A DNA stretch of 64,000 nt, from positions 1,426,001 through 1,490,000 of the forward strand of contig CM022676.1 of the NCBI GenBank assembly GCA_012295275.1, in the 5' to 3' direction. How positions within the stretch are numbered: the first letter of the stretch is position 1; each line of letters begins with the position of its first letter. Below, in pieces: positions 36,443 through 51,200 of the stretch. The notes under the pieces were generated by a model that was not told the origin of the DNA, ran no database searches, and saw nothing but the letters and a program-made list of their open reading frames with translations. Source of the DNA: Chrysomallon squamiferum (Eukaryota; Animalia; Mollusca). A program made the position numbers and the translations under genes.

Positions 36443-38662
36443 ATTCAGTTCTTCGGTCCTCTGACTTAAGCTATATTTCTAGGGAAAAAAAGAAGAAATG
36501 ATTTGATATAATTTATTATTGTCGCTGTTTGTTTATTGTTAATGTTTTAAGTAAATAAAAATGAATGTTAAAAACCTACCTAAAAAGTAAGGATAATGAT
36601 AAAGAACTTACATATTCTGATTCCCTATAATTTCGTTTGTGGTTGTTTTCCGTCAACAAATATTTCGTGCACCAACGATTACCAACGAGTTTCATAAAGA
36701 ACCATGCGGTCCAACTGTCCAAGACTAAGACGGAAACAACTGATGTGTCTAAAACTGCATGTATGATACATGCAGGAGAAAGCTTGGACTCCTTCAAATA
36801 TAAACTCAGGAATCCTGGTCTCCTCAGATAGAACAGGCAATCACCGGACGTCGTTATTATTAGAAAAAAAATATATAAACAAACATCACTACTTTTCAGA
36901 TTCAACTCAAAGTACACACATCTCGCTACTCAACCGAGATTCCTGAGGAAGAGGATCAAGATGTCATCATAGACACATTACAGGAAACCCTTCAAAATAA
37001 TCCTTCTTAACAGCTTGCAATTATGGCTTTGATTCAACACTTAAAAATGAAAACACATGAAGAAAACCAGGTCTTGGGAAGAAATAGTTCTGGAATCATG
37101 AAATTTAATTTAAACCTAGCGTTGGGTGACAACAGCATGAAGATATTCCACATGCGTTCATTGACAGTTCAAAGCTATGTGAGAAAATAAATCTTGAAAC
37201 CTTCTAAAGATTAGAGAAGATCCTTCATCACAAAACATAAAAACCAGAAGATGGATTAAACACAGGTATTTGCTGAAAGAAAACAAACAAAATGGAAAAT
37301 GAATGCTTCCAGCTGACTGAGATTCAAAGATCCCGCTTTAAGAATAGGTACTCTGAGCTGAACATTATAACGAAATAAAATAAACTTTAGAAGAAGGTAA
37401 AGTAGTGTAAACTGAGCAAATTTTGGAATCCTTCAGAAATAACCTTTTAAGAAATTCGCATTTCCGCAAGACAGACAAACTGGTTACAGAGCTATGGTAT
37501 TTTCAACACTTTTGGTCAAGTACAAATTTTCTGCGTTTTTGTTCTACTTAACGTAATAAAAAAAAAACTGCTACTCGTAAAATAAATGTTTATAGTTTAT
37601 TGTTTTACAGGTGGGATCTGCATACACAGAATATGAATGACAATCCGTTCATATTATATAGTCTTCTCTTCTTATTTTTTATTTTTTATTTTTTTTTTCT
37701 TCTAAATATCCAATTTTTCTTCAAATGTAATTGTTCCGTTATTTATCTTACAAATATATTTATCTGTGTAATACTACATGTTCAGAAACCAGTTAAATTA
37801 GCTGTTGGTATTTTCATTTTGATTTATCTACGTATTGCTTAGCAGTTAACACTATTAAATTGATTATAGTTATATTTCTCTTCTTTTTTTTTCAGAATGA
37901 TTTGGGTTGCCTTAAATTACTGTTTGTGCATTTATTTGGACTCTCATCTTTTTTCTCAACAACATCCAGCTAGTAATTTTGTATTGCAATAAACATACAT
38001 TTTATTCGACATTTAATGTTATAACTGAGTCATTTTAAATACAATATATATATATTCTATAAGCAAACTACGTTATTATCTAAGGGGTGCCAGTAATTTC
38101 CTAGCAGAGAGATGAGGAAAACTTTAACTGATTACTGTATAATGCAGAAATAAATCAAGTATCTGGAAAGGCAGAGAGAAAATGGTTCACGTCACTCGTG
38201 AAGGTCCTTCATAGATGTTAGACGTCATATTGCAGATTTTGAGCATCGTTACTGGGGGCAAAAATATGTGAACAGGAATTTCATTGTCCTGGTTTTTTCT
38301 GTTTTTCCAATAGACACGAAACGTATAAAAATACTGAAATACAGATCATCATTTGTAACAGGACTAATAATATTCTGACATGGAAGACTGTACTTATTTA
38401 TAGATGTATTCAGCAAAAGAAACTAATTTACACTGCATGTTTTTCGATAAATTTCACCAAGAATTATAGATTATTTACCGATATATACTGTTTTTAGAAC
38501 AAAATGGCCATGTTTAAAAATGGCCAACAAAAGGGCACGAAAATACTATTCAGAAATATCCATCAGTATATCACAACGATTCGGCCAGTCTTGGACCAGT
38601 ATTCTGGAGCTTTGAAGCTTGAACCTTTCCCCGCAAGCAGTAGGTAGATCAGAATAAACTCT

Positions 38663-38725
<63 letters not shown>

Positions 38726-38871
38726 ACAGACAAACATTATACACACTATTATCAGAGTAGAACATAAAACAGAGCAAAGACCAGTCACTACAGTCTTTAT
38801 TTCAGGAAGTTGTGAGAATATACAAAAATCGAAGTGCTCTACATTATTTGGAGGAAATCACGACTTTCCGA

Positions 38872-38885
38872 GTAGTTATGGATGC
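38872..38885 (+). promoter_or_regulatory. Possible degenerate RFX X-box upstream of CCDC191
   Basis: GTAGTTATGGATGC lies ~75-90 bp before the ATG, with 3 mismatches to GTTGCTATGGATAC. Also kept in copy A (~20998-21011). Confidence 0.3.
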
Positions 38886-38960
38886 GTCCTATGTACCAAA
38901 TTGTTTACTGAAAACATTTATTAAGCATTAACTTAAAATGGACAACCGAAAACTTTAAAA

Positions 38961-39147
38961 ATGGATGATAGCATTCACAAACCGGGTCTTTACAAATGGA
39001 AAAGACAGACACCAACGAGATTATATTCTAGGTCGCAAGTAAGTAGAAAATTATGTTATATCGCAGTTCTAACCATAATCCATTGTCAATTACTAGAAGT
39101 AGAAGTCAGTAATAGTGAAAACTGTAATAATAACATAATTAATATAA

Positions 39148-39223
<76 letters not shown>

Positions 39224-42200
39224 TATATACAGTGGTACCTCGATTTACGAGTGCCCCAACTTACGAGTGTTTCGAGTTGTGTGCTTTGAGTTGCGAGCCA
39301 AAATCCGAGTTACAAGCGAGCTTCAGTGATGTGTTGTACTCGTATTTTGTGCAATATTTTGCCAAATTTCTTTTTTCTGGCCATGGATCCGAAGAAAGTG
39401 CTGAGAAGAAGAAGCAGGTAATGTCCATTGAATTCATAAAAAAATCATGAGCAAGATGTGCATATTGTTGTCTTGGCTAGGCAGTACAAGCATAGTACTT
39501 CTACGATATGTACCATACTGAAGCTGAAGGAGTCAACAAAGGCTGTAACTCAAACCAAAGGCGTCAAAATAATTCGTCTGATCTCGAAGATAAATAAACT
39601 TTACCAGACCAATTTATTTCTTTTCATTCTCTGTTATTTTGTTTGTCATTTATAAATACATTTTTCTTTTTTAAAAACACTAAATTGTACTGACAGCTGT
39701 CACTAAAGGTACTAAGATGTGTCACTACAGACACTAATATTATTTTTTCATTAATTGTAATGTATTTGTTTTCAAATTTATTTTATTTTATTTTCAGAAT
39801 ATCACAACCAAAGATGATATTAAGGACTGGATAAAGGTTGCAGTTTATTTTCTTTCTTTTACTTTTTTTTTTATATTTTCATTATTTTTATTTATTCTTT
39901 TATTTTGTGATTTTTACTAATTTATAAACAAATAAATTGTTAATGTAATTATTATAAAATAATTATGTACTACTCAGTCTACTGTAGCATCTTTTATTAA
40001 AAAAAAAATAATTTAATTTTTGTTAGATTATATCAACAAATGATTTTTTTTTCTTGTCCTCATTATCTGTTTATATCTGTAGTATATGCAAATATTTGTA
40101 TCTATTATAATCAGTTGTCACAGTTTCTTAATTACACAGTCAGTGGGCCCACCCAAGAAATGAGCCATATTTTAATAGAGTTATTATGACAGTGGTAGTA
40201 TTATTAAAGCTATTAATCTTATATTTGCTCTGTAATAAAAATTAAAAACTGTAAGCAATACCTTCTGGTTACTTAGAAAGTGGAAGATGCTACTAATACA
40301 GCAGCCAAAGCGACATTCGGAGACCGCAGTGTGTATGGACGAGGAGGAGGGAGATATGCAGCACTGCAGTCAGTACAGCAGCTTCATGAGCACGATGAAA
40401 TACACAGTGAAGGTAAACTTCTTAAATAATATTAATTAATACAAGATAATAGAAATTTTATATTGTATAACTGTGTATGTTTATTAATATGTAGGTGATA
40501 CATTTTCTTTTATTTTTTAAAGTTTTTATGCTATATATGTATGTTTGTGGTGAGTATGTGTATTAGTGTATGTTTGTATGTGTTTGTGTATCTGTCTGTA
40601 TGTATGTAAGCACACATGATGTGCACTTTACAGTTGCCTGATTGCCCATGGTGAATCAAAAGAGTGTTGGACAAGACAAAATTTACCATCTGTCCCCCAG
40701 TTCTTTATTATTATTAGGTATCAAAATGCAAATAACTAACGTCTGAACGAAAGTGGGATCTTATTTTTGGGGGTCATTATTATGTGCTGATTACTGTCAA
40801 TCTGTGCACGATGAAACACACATAGGACATGATAGCAACTCCTTCCTCAGTCTGTTGAACAGTCTGAAAATATTCAGAAAATCACAGCCACATAAACATA
40901 TTGTTAGGTGCATTTGGAATATCTCAGCTATGTCTGCCTTAGGCCCATGAGATTTCTGAAATTTTGGTGTGTTGAATCGTAATTGTTTATATCTGTAGTA
41001 TATGCAAATATATGTATCTATTATAATCAATCGTCACAGTTTCTTAATTACACAGACATTGGGCTCACCAAAGGCACAGACCCTAGACAAGAAATGTGCC
41101 AAATTTTAACTGGGTCGTTAGCACTTGAAAGCTAACACCTTTTATGTGCTGGGCCCCATGAACTAAAACATTCCAGACAGCATATTAATAATTTAATTAC
41201 AGCAGTTTTTAATAAAACTAAAACAGTTTCTGTTTCCTTCTTTTGTGTTGTTATTGTATGTTTTATGATATGATCACATGTTTTCAAAGTGCAATTTAAG
41301 TGAAAGATAATGAAAAGTTGTTGTTCAAGTTGCTGTGAGTGGCTCGATTGTACATACTTATTTATGTTTACACCTTGTAAATATATTGTACATTATTTTA
41401 ACATGTACAGATTAATATAAACTTCTCTGACACCCACACACCCACACACATACACACATGATACTATTTCTGTTGTAATGTATTTGAAAAAAAAATGTAA
41501 TTTTAGGTCTAGAATTACCAAATATTTTGTTTATGTTGTAAATTCAGCCCACGACTTTATTATTTATTGCTGTTGAAACGAAGCTGAAAATAATGTTGTA
41601 ATTTAAAACCTACAGTTACCAAGTATTTTGTTTATGTTGTAATTTCAGCCCAAGACTTTATTATTTATTGTTTATGTTGAAATGAAGCTGAAAATAATGT
41701 TGTAATTTAAAACCTAGAATTAACAAGTGTTTTGTTTATGTTGTAATTTAAGACGTAGAATTAACAAGTATTTTCTTTATGTTGTAATTTAAGCTGAAGA
41801 GTTGCTGACTCAGTGGATGAATGAAAAAGTGATTTTAAATGATGATATTGACATTGATGATGAGTATTGGCCTCGCATAAAAGCCAGGTCAGAGGTCAAG
41901 TTGGAATGGGATCATCTGTTAGCAGATAACACAGAAGAATTAACTCACTCAGACTCTCATGTCATGAACACAACAGCAGGTTTTTTTTTTTATTCTATAA
42001 ACAAATTTTTATATAAATTTAAAAAATGTACAGATACAGATATGCTCCGATTTATATTTCAAGAATGCAGCACTAGATATTTTGTAATTTATTATTTATA
42101 AATTTACATGAAATATTGTCTGGTACATGTTAAATACTGTTAATTTTTCTGTGGTCATGACATCATAAAATAATGTTTTATAACAATCCTATTTGGTTAT

Positions 42201-45200
42201 TATCTGCGACATGTGGTAAGAAACAAATGAGATAATATCCTAAAACTGTTTATGGCTGTAGCTTTTCTGCATGCTTTTCTATAAACTTTTAAATCATGTT
42301 TCCTCATTAATGTCATATTTATTTGGGAAAAAACAACAAATGAAACAAATACACTATTCACAGTCAAAGTGTTCAGATGCAAACCATGTGTATATTCTGA
42401 TTTCATTTACAACAAAATTTAAAGTGATGTAACTAACATTTGAGGTTTTTTTTAGAAAATTTATTTGACTTTGATAATCTGGATGAGACATCAGCTGTGG
42501 ATTCCATATTACACAGGATGTTGAATAAGCAAGTTGTCCACAAGGAATTTCTAAATGACCTTGGACTGGATGAAACATCAAAGAGAAAAGATCCAAGATT
42601 GAAAATGGAACTCAGACATCAACAGGTAGGTAATCTAAGAACTGAAAAAACATAGTTGTTATTTACATGTGCATTCTTTTCTTTCATTATTTATTAATTT
42701 CTTAACTGATAAACTTTTATATTTGAATAATAACCAAATTATATATACAAAAATTTTATGTAACACAGTTATAGTTATGTTGGAGTTATTTCTACTTTCT
42801 TTTATAAAATGAAGTTAATTATTTTATTAAAGTAGTATCAGTTTTATTATTAATGTTATTGTTGTGTTGTTGTTGTGGCTGTTGGTGTTGTAAATTTGAT
42901 TAACTAGAAATGAAGTACACAGCATGATTTACCTGTAATTACAGGTGAGAGAAAATCGAGAAAGACAAGAGAAAGAACTGGTGAAGAAAAGACAAGCATT
43001 GAGAGAGAAAAAAGAAGTAAATTCAAAAGCAAAACAAATTTTAATGAAGGTAACTGCATTTTTAATATTAAATATATTTAACATTTTATTAAATATATTT
43101 TTATTAATAATTACTTTCTAATGCTGTGCTTAATAGTTTTTAGACAAGATTTTTAATTCATCACTACCAAAGTGATTGTTGCAGTTTAGCAGAAATAATC
43201 TAAATTATAGTAAAGTAGTACTATATTGGACTTCTCAAAAGTAAACAAAATACCAGAGATTCTGTTTTAATTCATACTATATCTACAGGAAAAATCATAA
43301 AGATGTTAATAATGAAAACTAAGAAATTATTTGTTAATTAGGAAGAGAGAGAGAAAGAGATGAGGGCAAAACATGAAGAAATGGAAATAAAACGAGAAAT
43401 GGCAAGAATTCGCAAACAGATGCAAGAAGAACGGAGAAAAATGGAGGATGAAGCTTTAAGGTATTTGTTATTTTCATTTGAAAACATCTTAATAGAAACA
43501 AATAAAGTTGTGTTGTATTTGTACTTTTATTTTAAGAGTGCAAGTGAAATCTTGCAGTATTTCTCGTTGCTATATTGCTAGCAACCAGTCCTTATTAGTG
43601 ATAATACAAATCTTAGTAGTTAAGTTAAATATCTTTCATTGGACCTTCCTGGGCACCATTATTGTACTGCTTTGTGGATTTCTTAAAGAAAGTCAGCTTC
43701 TCTCGTGAAAAGTTATTAAACAAAAATTCCTTACTTTAATTGTTGAGAGTAAAATAATACATTTTTGACAGCAAATCTTTCATTTATTTTATTCCATGAT
43801 GATAATGGTGTCTGTAGGCTAAATATTTTTGCTCTGACTTCAACACTGCCACAATAAAAATATATTTAAAAGTCATTCATTTTTCATTCACCCACTTTTT
43901 GCTCCAAAATAACTGTATCCACTGTGCCTAAAGCATTCACAGGTATTGCAAAATTGTCTTATTTATTTCATCATTCCCCATCAGGCTGAGCTTGCCCTCC
44001 TTGTCATGTTGGCAGGAAAAAGAAACAAGTTGTTTGTTAGATTAGCTGGGTGATGTTGTATAGAGTGTTTGACTTGATATGAAAGTCACACAACACAAAT
44101 TAACTGTGAATGTTTTGTAGAGTGAAAACAGAGAAATGGGAGAAAGAAAACACAGCAGTAAGTGAGATTCAGAAGAAAATATTTGAAGAGAAAAAACAAC
44201 AGATGTTAAAGTATTTGGAAGAGGAAGAAAAAGAGAGAGTCATGCTGAAGAGATTGGAAGAATTCCAAGCTAAAAAAGCAGCAAAAAATTTACTTGTGAG
44301 TTTTAAGAAAAATATATTTACTTGTCATTTTTACCTTTCCTATGGCAAGGAAAGTATCATCTTGTAGAGGCAAAAGTATTTGAATATGACAGACGTCAGT
44401 GATATTCATATACAGATATGAATGATGAAATGTAGAAATCCTGTAATAACTTGTATACTATCATTACTAAATGTATTTGACAGGTAAATATCTAAGTCAG
44501 TGTGTTAACAAAGTGTAGATAGCAGGTTCTGACAAAAATTTGATCCTTTTTCCAAAACATTTAGTTTTTTAAAATGAATTAAAAAATTATGATTACAGAT
44601 AGATCTTAATAAAATATTTATTGTATTTGATAACCGTATTTCATCTGTCAAACAAGTGTTTTACTTGATTATAAAATTTCTAAGAAACAGATTACCCAGA
44701 ATAAGAGATTAAACCATTTTCAGCTTTCTGTCTTGAAGCTAGTTTAAATGATTCTGTAAACCTCTAAACAAATGATAACCAAACGTGTGTCTGTTTATTT
44801 TAGATTATGCAGCAGCATTTCTCAGCTTGGTACAAAATAGTTCTAGAAAAACGACTGCGTGTAGGCAAGGCACGAGCTGTCTCAGACTGGAAGACTTTGC
44901 TGCGTGCGTGGAATGCGTGGCGATCGTACGTGAGATCAAAACAAGTTGATTTTGAAACACGACAACATGAACAGAATATTGTTGAAATAAACAGGTAACA
45001 TTTTCTAGTTCTAATTATTATTCTCTGTGCAAAATCATTAGGAACAATTACTATAAGTTTTTCATTATACTCTGTAGCTGTAGTTTTCAGTTATATTTTG
45101 ATTGCTGTCTGTGTCTCCTGCTTTCATTCATTCCATAAAAGTGTAAATGTATTTATGAAGCACAAAAAATAAAATGAAAAACAAGAGCAATGTAAAGTAA

Positions 45201-48200
45201 TTATCATTATCACCCCCTTAGACATTCACATTTCACCTGAGGAAATAATCACAAAATATTGAGAACTTCAATTGTATTGCAACTCCTGTAGCTAACAATT
45301 TTTCTTTGTTAGAAAAATATTAAATTAAACTGGAAACATATGAGTTATGGTTTTTTGAAGATATCATTTTGTACTGAACATTTTTACATAATGGAATCAT
45401 AAAATTATAATTCCCTAATTTATAAAGATGTTTCTGAAATTATAAGTATATTTATAGTTTTAAATATAAATAAATTCTGCTTATAGTCCTTAAATAGTAT
45501 GTTTTATTGATAGTTTGTAAATAAACAAATATTTTCCTTGAAATCCTTAAAAGAATAATTTTTCTACTTGTAATTCTTAAAAAGAATATAAATTTTCTTC
45601 TAGAAGGTTTGTAGACCTTAAATAGAACAAATGTTTTGTATGTATTTCTTGTAGAGAACAAATGTTCTACTTGTTGTTTTTAGTTCATTAAGCAGTTCTT
45701 GAATAGATTATAGTGTTCTATTTGCAGATTTAGACAGAAACATCTACAGAAATCCTTTAATGGAATAAATGTTCTATTTATAGTCCTTAAATAGAACAAA
45801 AGTTCAACTTGTTTTTAAATAGAATAGATATTCCATTTGTAGTCCTTAAATAAAATAAATGTGTTGTACTGCACAAATAGAACACATGTTCTACCCACAA
45901 ACCTTAAATAGAAAAATATTTCTACTTACAATGCCTAAAATTACTACAAATATTCTACTAATAGTCCTTAAATAGAATAAAATATCTACTTAAATAGAGC
46001 GTTGTGTTCTACTAGTATTTCTTACTACAATAAATGTTTGTTAACAGTCCTTACAGAGAATGTTTAATGTGCAGTCCTTAAACCAGTGGTTCCCAACCTT
46101 TCAAATATAGCGACCCATTTTAGAACAAGCAATCAGGAAGCGACCCCATTCCTTAAAATATCTTATATATACATTCAGTTATTTGTACAACAAACTGCCA
46201 TATATTGCCATTATTGAATTATAGATTATTTATTCGTGAAGTAACTATACATTATGTAAATTCATGATTAATTTCAAGTTTATTCATAAAAAATTCCAAA
46301 CATTAATTACTTGCAAATCAATTCAAAATTATTCGAACACACAAATTTCCACCATTATGTAAAGTATTTTTATGAACTGACTTTAAAGACGGCTGGTATT
46401 GCAGTTTTTTAGCTAGCAATTCTATCCTGGCTCCGTTGTCGATATAGCACACCTCAAGTCGTCTTCCACATTTAATTTATTTCGGTACTTGTTTTTAAGG
46501 ATGAGAAGTTGGGAGAATGCTGCTTCACATAAGTAAGTTGTTGGGAACGGCAATAAATTCCTTATTGCAATTTCTGATATTACTGGGAATCTTTGGAAAC
46601 TTTTTGGCCAAAATTCTTGTAGATGCAGTTCAAACCATGATTTAGCTTCAAAATTGTTTGTTAAGTCGACATCAGATACACTGGCGTTGAAAGGGTTGAA
46701 TGTAAGGGAGAAAGATTTGCAACATTCATCAGGAAAATAACTTCTTATTTGAACAGTAAGATTTTCCAAATGCTCTTGTATCAACCTATATAAGTCATCA
46801 ATGTTAATTTCATTTGCCGCTTCTTCAACAAATTGGGCAAATGTTGGGAACATGTATAATTTCTTTTGGTTAATTTTGGTGATCCAGAGTTCCAATTTCA
46901 TTTTGAAAGACGATATCTTTTCAGACAATGATATTATCGTACTTTCCTTACCCTATAATTCTGTATTAATACTATTAAATATCTCAAAAATGTCGACCAG
47001 GTATGCCAATTTGAACAAGGTAAATTCATCCGTAAACAATGATTCATATTCGCTTGCATTTTGAGAAGCGAGAAATATTTGCAGCTCTCCTCTCAATTCA
47101 AAAAATCTCTTCAACGCCTTTCCTTTCGAGAGCCACCTTACCTCTATGTGAAACAATAGTGCTTCATGCGTTGAACCCAAATCTTCACATAAAACTTTGA
47201 AGAGCCGTGTTGCAAGTGGCCTTGATTTAACGACATTTACTGCTTTAATCACTCGGTTAAGCATTTCTTTGAATGGTTCAGGTAACGTCTTGGTAGCTAA
47301 TACTTGTCAATGAATCATGCAGTGAGTCCCAATTACTTCTGGAGTTACTTTTTAAACTAACGATTGGAAGCCAGACTTACTGCCGAGCATTGCAGGTGCC
47401 CCGTCAGTACAAACTCCGCACAATTTCTCCCATTCAATTGAATGTTCTTTGAAGAAATCATCAATTAAATTCAAAAATATCAGCAGCATTAGTTGAAGTT
47501 TGCAGAGGCTTACAAAACGAGAAATCTTCTTTAATTTTTTCATTTTTATAATAACGAACATACACAAGAAGTTGTGCAAAGTTTGTCACATCAGTAGTTT
47601 CATCAAGCTGAACAGCCCAGTTGGAGTTTCTTTTAATTTCTGAATAATTTTGCATAAAATATCCTATGACATATCTGTTATCCTTCATTTTACTGTATTG
47701 TTTGACACGGATAGAGGCGATACTTTATTTACTGCTTCAGGACCGATCATGAGACGTACAATATCTTTGGTGCATGGAAAAATAAGATTCTCAGCTGTTG
47801 TGTGTGGTTTTTAGCATGTGCTGTTCTTAATGCAACCGTGTATGAAGCTTCAATGGCGGCTAAATTTTTGTTTTGAAATAATCCACTGCTATCAAGCCGG
47901 CGGCTTTTGACACAAACAACTTTTGCTTTAAAAAAGTCAATACTTTTATCTTTCAAATCAGGGTGCTTAGTCTGGAGAAGTCTTTGAAGTTTAGCTGGTT
48001 TCATGGACTCATGAGCAAGAACTTCCAAACATACTACACACTGTGGTCTTTCCACACCTGCAATAACTATGTCAGTGAATCCCCACTTCAAGAAATCATC
48101 GCTGTACTTTTTCTTTCTTACACTCATTTTTAAAGGGTTAAGAATCACTCAAACAAAACTAACTACGTGTCACTGCAAGTGTGAGTTCAACAAAACAGAA

Positions 48201-51200
48201 ACCAAACATGTTGAATACTGGCTCAGACGTTGTGTTGAGTGACTTACTGAACTGTTACATTTAGTTTCATAGTATGAATTTATATAACTGTCTTAATATG
48301 TTTTTCACCGTGTTTTATATAATATTCACATTCAGCTCAAAATCAATTAACGACCCCATGGCATTGGTGTCGCTACCCCATTTGGGGTCGAGGCCCACAG
48401 GTTTGGAACTACTGCCTTAAACAGAACAAATGTTCTCCTAGCAGTTTTAAGTAGAACACATTTTCTACTAGAAGTTATTAAAGAGAGTGTTCTGCTTGCA
48501 GTTGCTAAGTAGAATAGAAGTTATTCAGGCAATTCTTATGAGTATATATATATCATTCATTTAATATAATGAAAGCTCAAGTGTTTAAACTGTTGTGGCA
48601 GGAAGAAGCAGAGAGCTGTAAAACATCACATGCAGACTGTGTTGAGGAAACACTGGGAGGCCTGGCTGCTGTACGTCCACCAGGAACAGGAGAAACAGCG
48701 ACTGGAGGAGGAGCAGAGTAAAACCAGAAGTAAGATGTTAGCCTTGCTGCAAGCTGCACAGACAGGCAGGCTGTGGAACGAAAACAGAGTCGATGAGACA
48801 CCTGAGAAGAAACAAGAAACAGCCAGAAGCACGACATCCACACAGGAGAAAATAGTATATTTTTCTTATAATTATATATTCTATATATGCAATTATATAT
48901 ATATATCTTACATTACAATATCTATTTTTATATATAGCTACATGCAGAATGTATATTATAGGGAGTTACTATTTGTATTCTATTTTTCTTAAATTGTTAC
49001 TAGCAAATAGTGAAGTTTTATAGTATTTGTAATTTTCATTTTTTTAAATTTGTTACATAACAGATAGTTTCATTAAACCTAAACCTACTGAAGCTATCTA
49101 AAGACGTGGGTGAAAAATAAAAATAGAAAAACTGTTAAATATACTTTGGTTATTTCTTTTATTAATTTTTTTATTTTTTAGATATTTTTTTATCCAAACT
49201 ACATTATCCAAATATTAGTGAAAATTTATAATAATTTTCAGTTGAATATTTTAATCATTAAATTGAAAATGTTTATATTACTTGTTCATATTTAGTCCTT
49301 GTTATTATTTTCCAGAATGAGTTATTTGAAGACAAAAAGCGACCACGTTCACAAATATCTCACATACCCAGAGAAGCATGGCAGGTGACAAAACGTCATG
49401 TCAACATGACGACAGAGGAGCTGGCAGCACTCGGCGGAGGTGACAACACCATTCCCAGAGTTCACTCAGACCTCGAGATTCGACGTCGATTTGGCAAACA
49501 GCCATGGATGAACTCTCCGTATATTGTAAACAATTTTGAGCATCGTTACACTACTCAGCAGAAAATGTTACATGAACAGCAGAAACAGATCAAAGAACAG
49601 CAGAAACTACTGCAGGAGCTGCAGTACAATCAAAGGAATCAGCTCCTTAAACAACAGGCAGAGGAGCAGCATGCCTTCACTGAACAGTTGTCAGAGAAAC
49701 CAGTGTCTGAGTTTCAACCACTTTCCACAGGTAGATCGACTACAGACAGACAGACAACTGACAGACAGTCTACAGATAGACAGAATAACCCAAATCTTGT
49801 TGTATCTGATGCTGCTGTTGTAGAACAGCAGCTTAACAACATGTTTGACAAACGTCAGCAACAACTGGGGCGTTTAGAGTCACAGCAGCATAATGTGGTT
49901 GCTAAGGACAAAGAAACTAATATTACCTTGGATACAACACGTTCCAGAAACAGAGGAGCATTGTCATCAGGGTTAGAAACCCAATTTAAATTACTTAATT
50001 TAAGAAACACATTCAAAATTATTTAGAAAATTTTTATGTCATTTAAACTGAAGAGAGAGATTTAAAGGTAAAAAACAAAATGTGAGCTTCAATGTTGATT
50101 CATTATACACTTAGAAAGTAAGAAAAGAAAAATTGTTTCACAACATATCTATTTTGAAAAAAGAAAAACAAATACTACTATATTTTCTAGCTTCAGATTT
50201 AATTTGAATTGAACATCAAATCTAAGTTCAAGGTCAGGTATTTTAATTCAGTTATTTTACTTTGTACTCAGGGTTGGATTTCAGACTGCAAGGTCAGATC
50301 TGAGTTCAAGGTCAGGGGTTTCATCAAATACCTCCAGTAACAAATATCTCAAAGTGTTAAAAAGTAAGTATCTTTAAAACACATGTTGTTTAGTTTGTTT
50401 TTAATAAAGAATTATAGTTGGTCTAATAAATTTAAGAGGTTTAATTAATAAACCAGGTTATTAATGTTTTGCCTTATATCTAAGTCATTATTTTTAACTA
50501 ATTCACAATAAAATATATTTTATGAGCAAGAGAATATTTTGGATAATTATACCATCATTTAAATTGATGTTTGCACATAAATAGTCATCATTTAATATAA
50601 ATATATACATAAAATGTATAAACAGAAACATGGTTCCTTAGTTTGCATACACCTTGTTAGTACAAAAGCATGTATTTATTTTATTATTATTGTTAATGTG
50701 GTTTTATTGTTACATTTATTTTTATTTTCATTATTTGTTTTATTTATTTAACAGAAAGAAAAGACCTCTTTCTAATTCAAATGTACTTAAAAATCTAAGA
50801 TAGTGTACTGACAACATCTATGTGTTATTAGCAGCGTTCAGTAAACACACAGATATTTTGAATTGTGTTTAGATATGGAGGAAAGAGCTGCAGAAAGAGC
50901 TAGACAGAAAGCAGAACGTGAAGCAAAGCGGAAAAAAGCAGAGCAGGAAAAAATGGTTAGTTTGAACACACACACAAAACTACTGAAAAACTCATTTTAA
51001 TGTCTCACAAAAATATGTCAGGAGAAACAGAAAATCTTTGTGTTCATGAAGAGTTCTGTGTTAATAACTGACTTGTGTAATTTCAGGAAATGCTTGCAGC
51101 TCATGAAGAGGAGTTGAGGCGACAGGCTGAAGAAGAGAAACGGGCAAGAGTGGAAGCATACAAAGAAAAGAAAAGATTAGAAAAACAGGTGAGCTTAACT

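Noticed and set aside
46422-48148. Domesticated ZBED5/SCAND3-like host gene
   Set aside because: Retains TIRs and TSD and has several frameshifts and stops, so it is a dead transposon copy.
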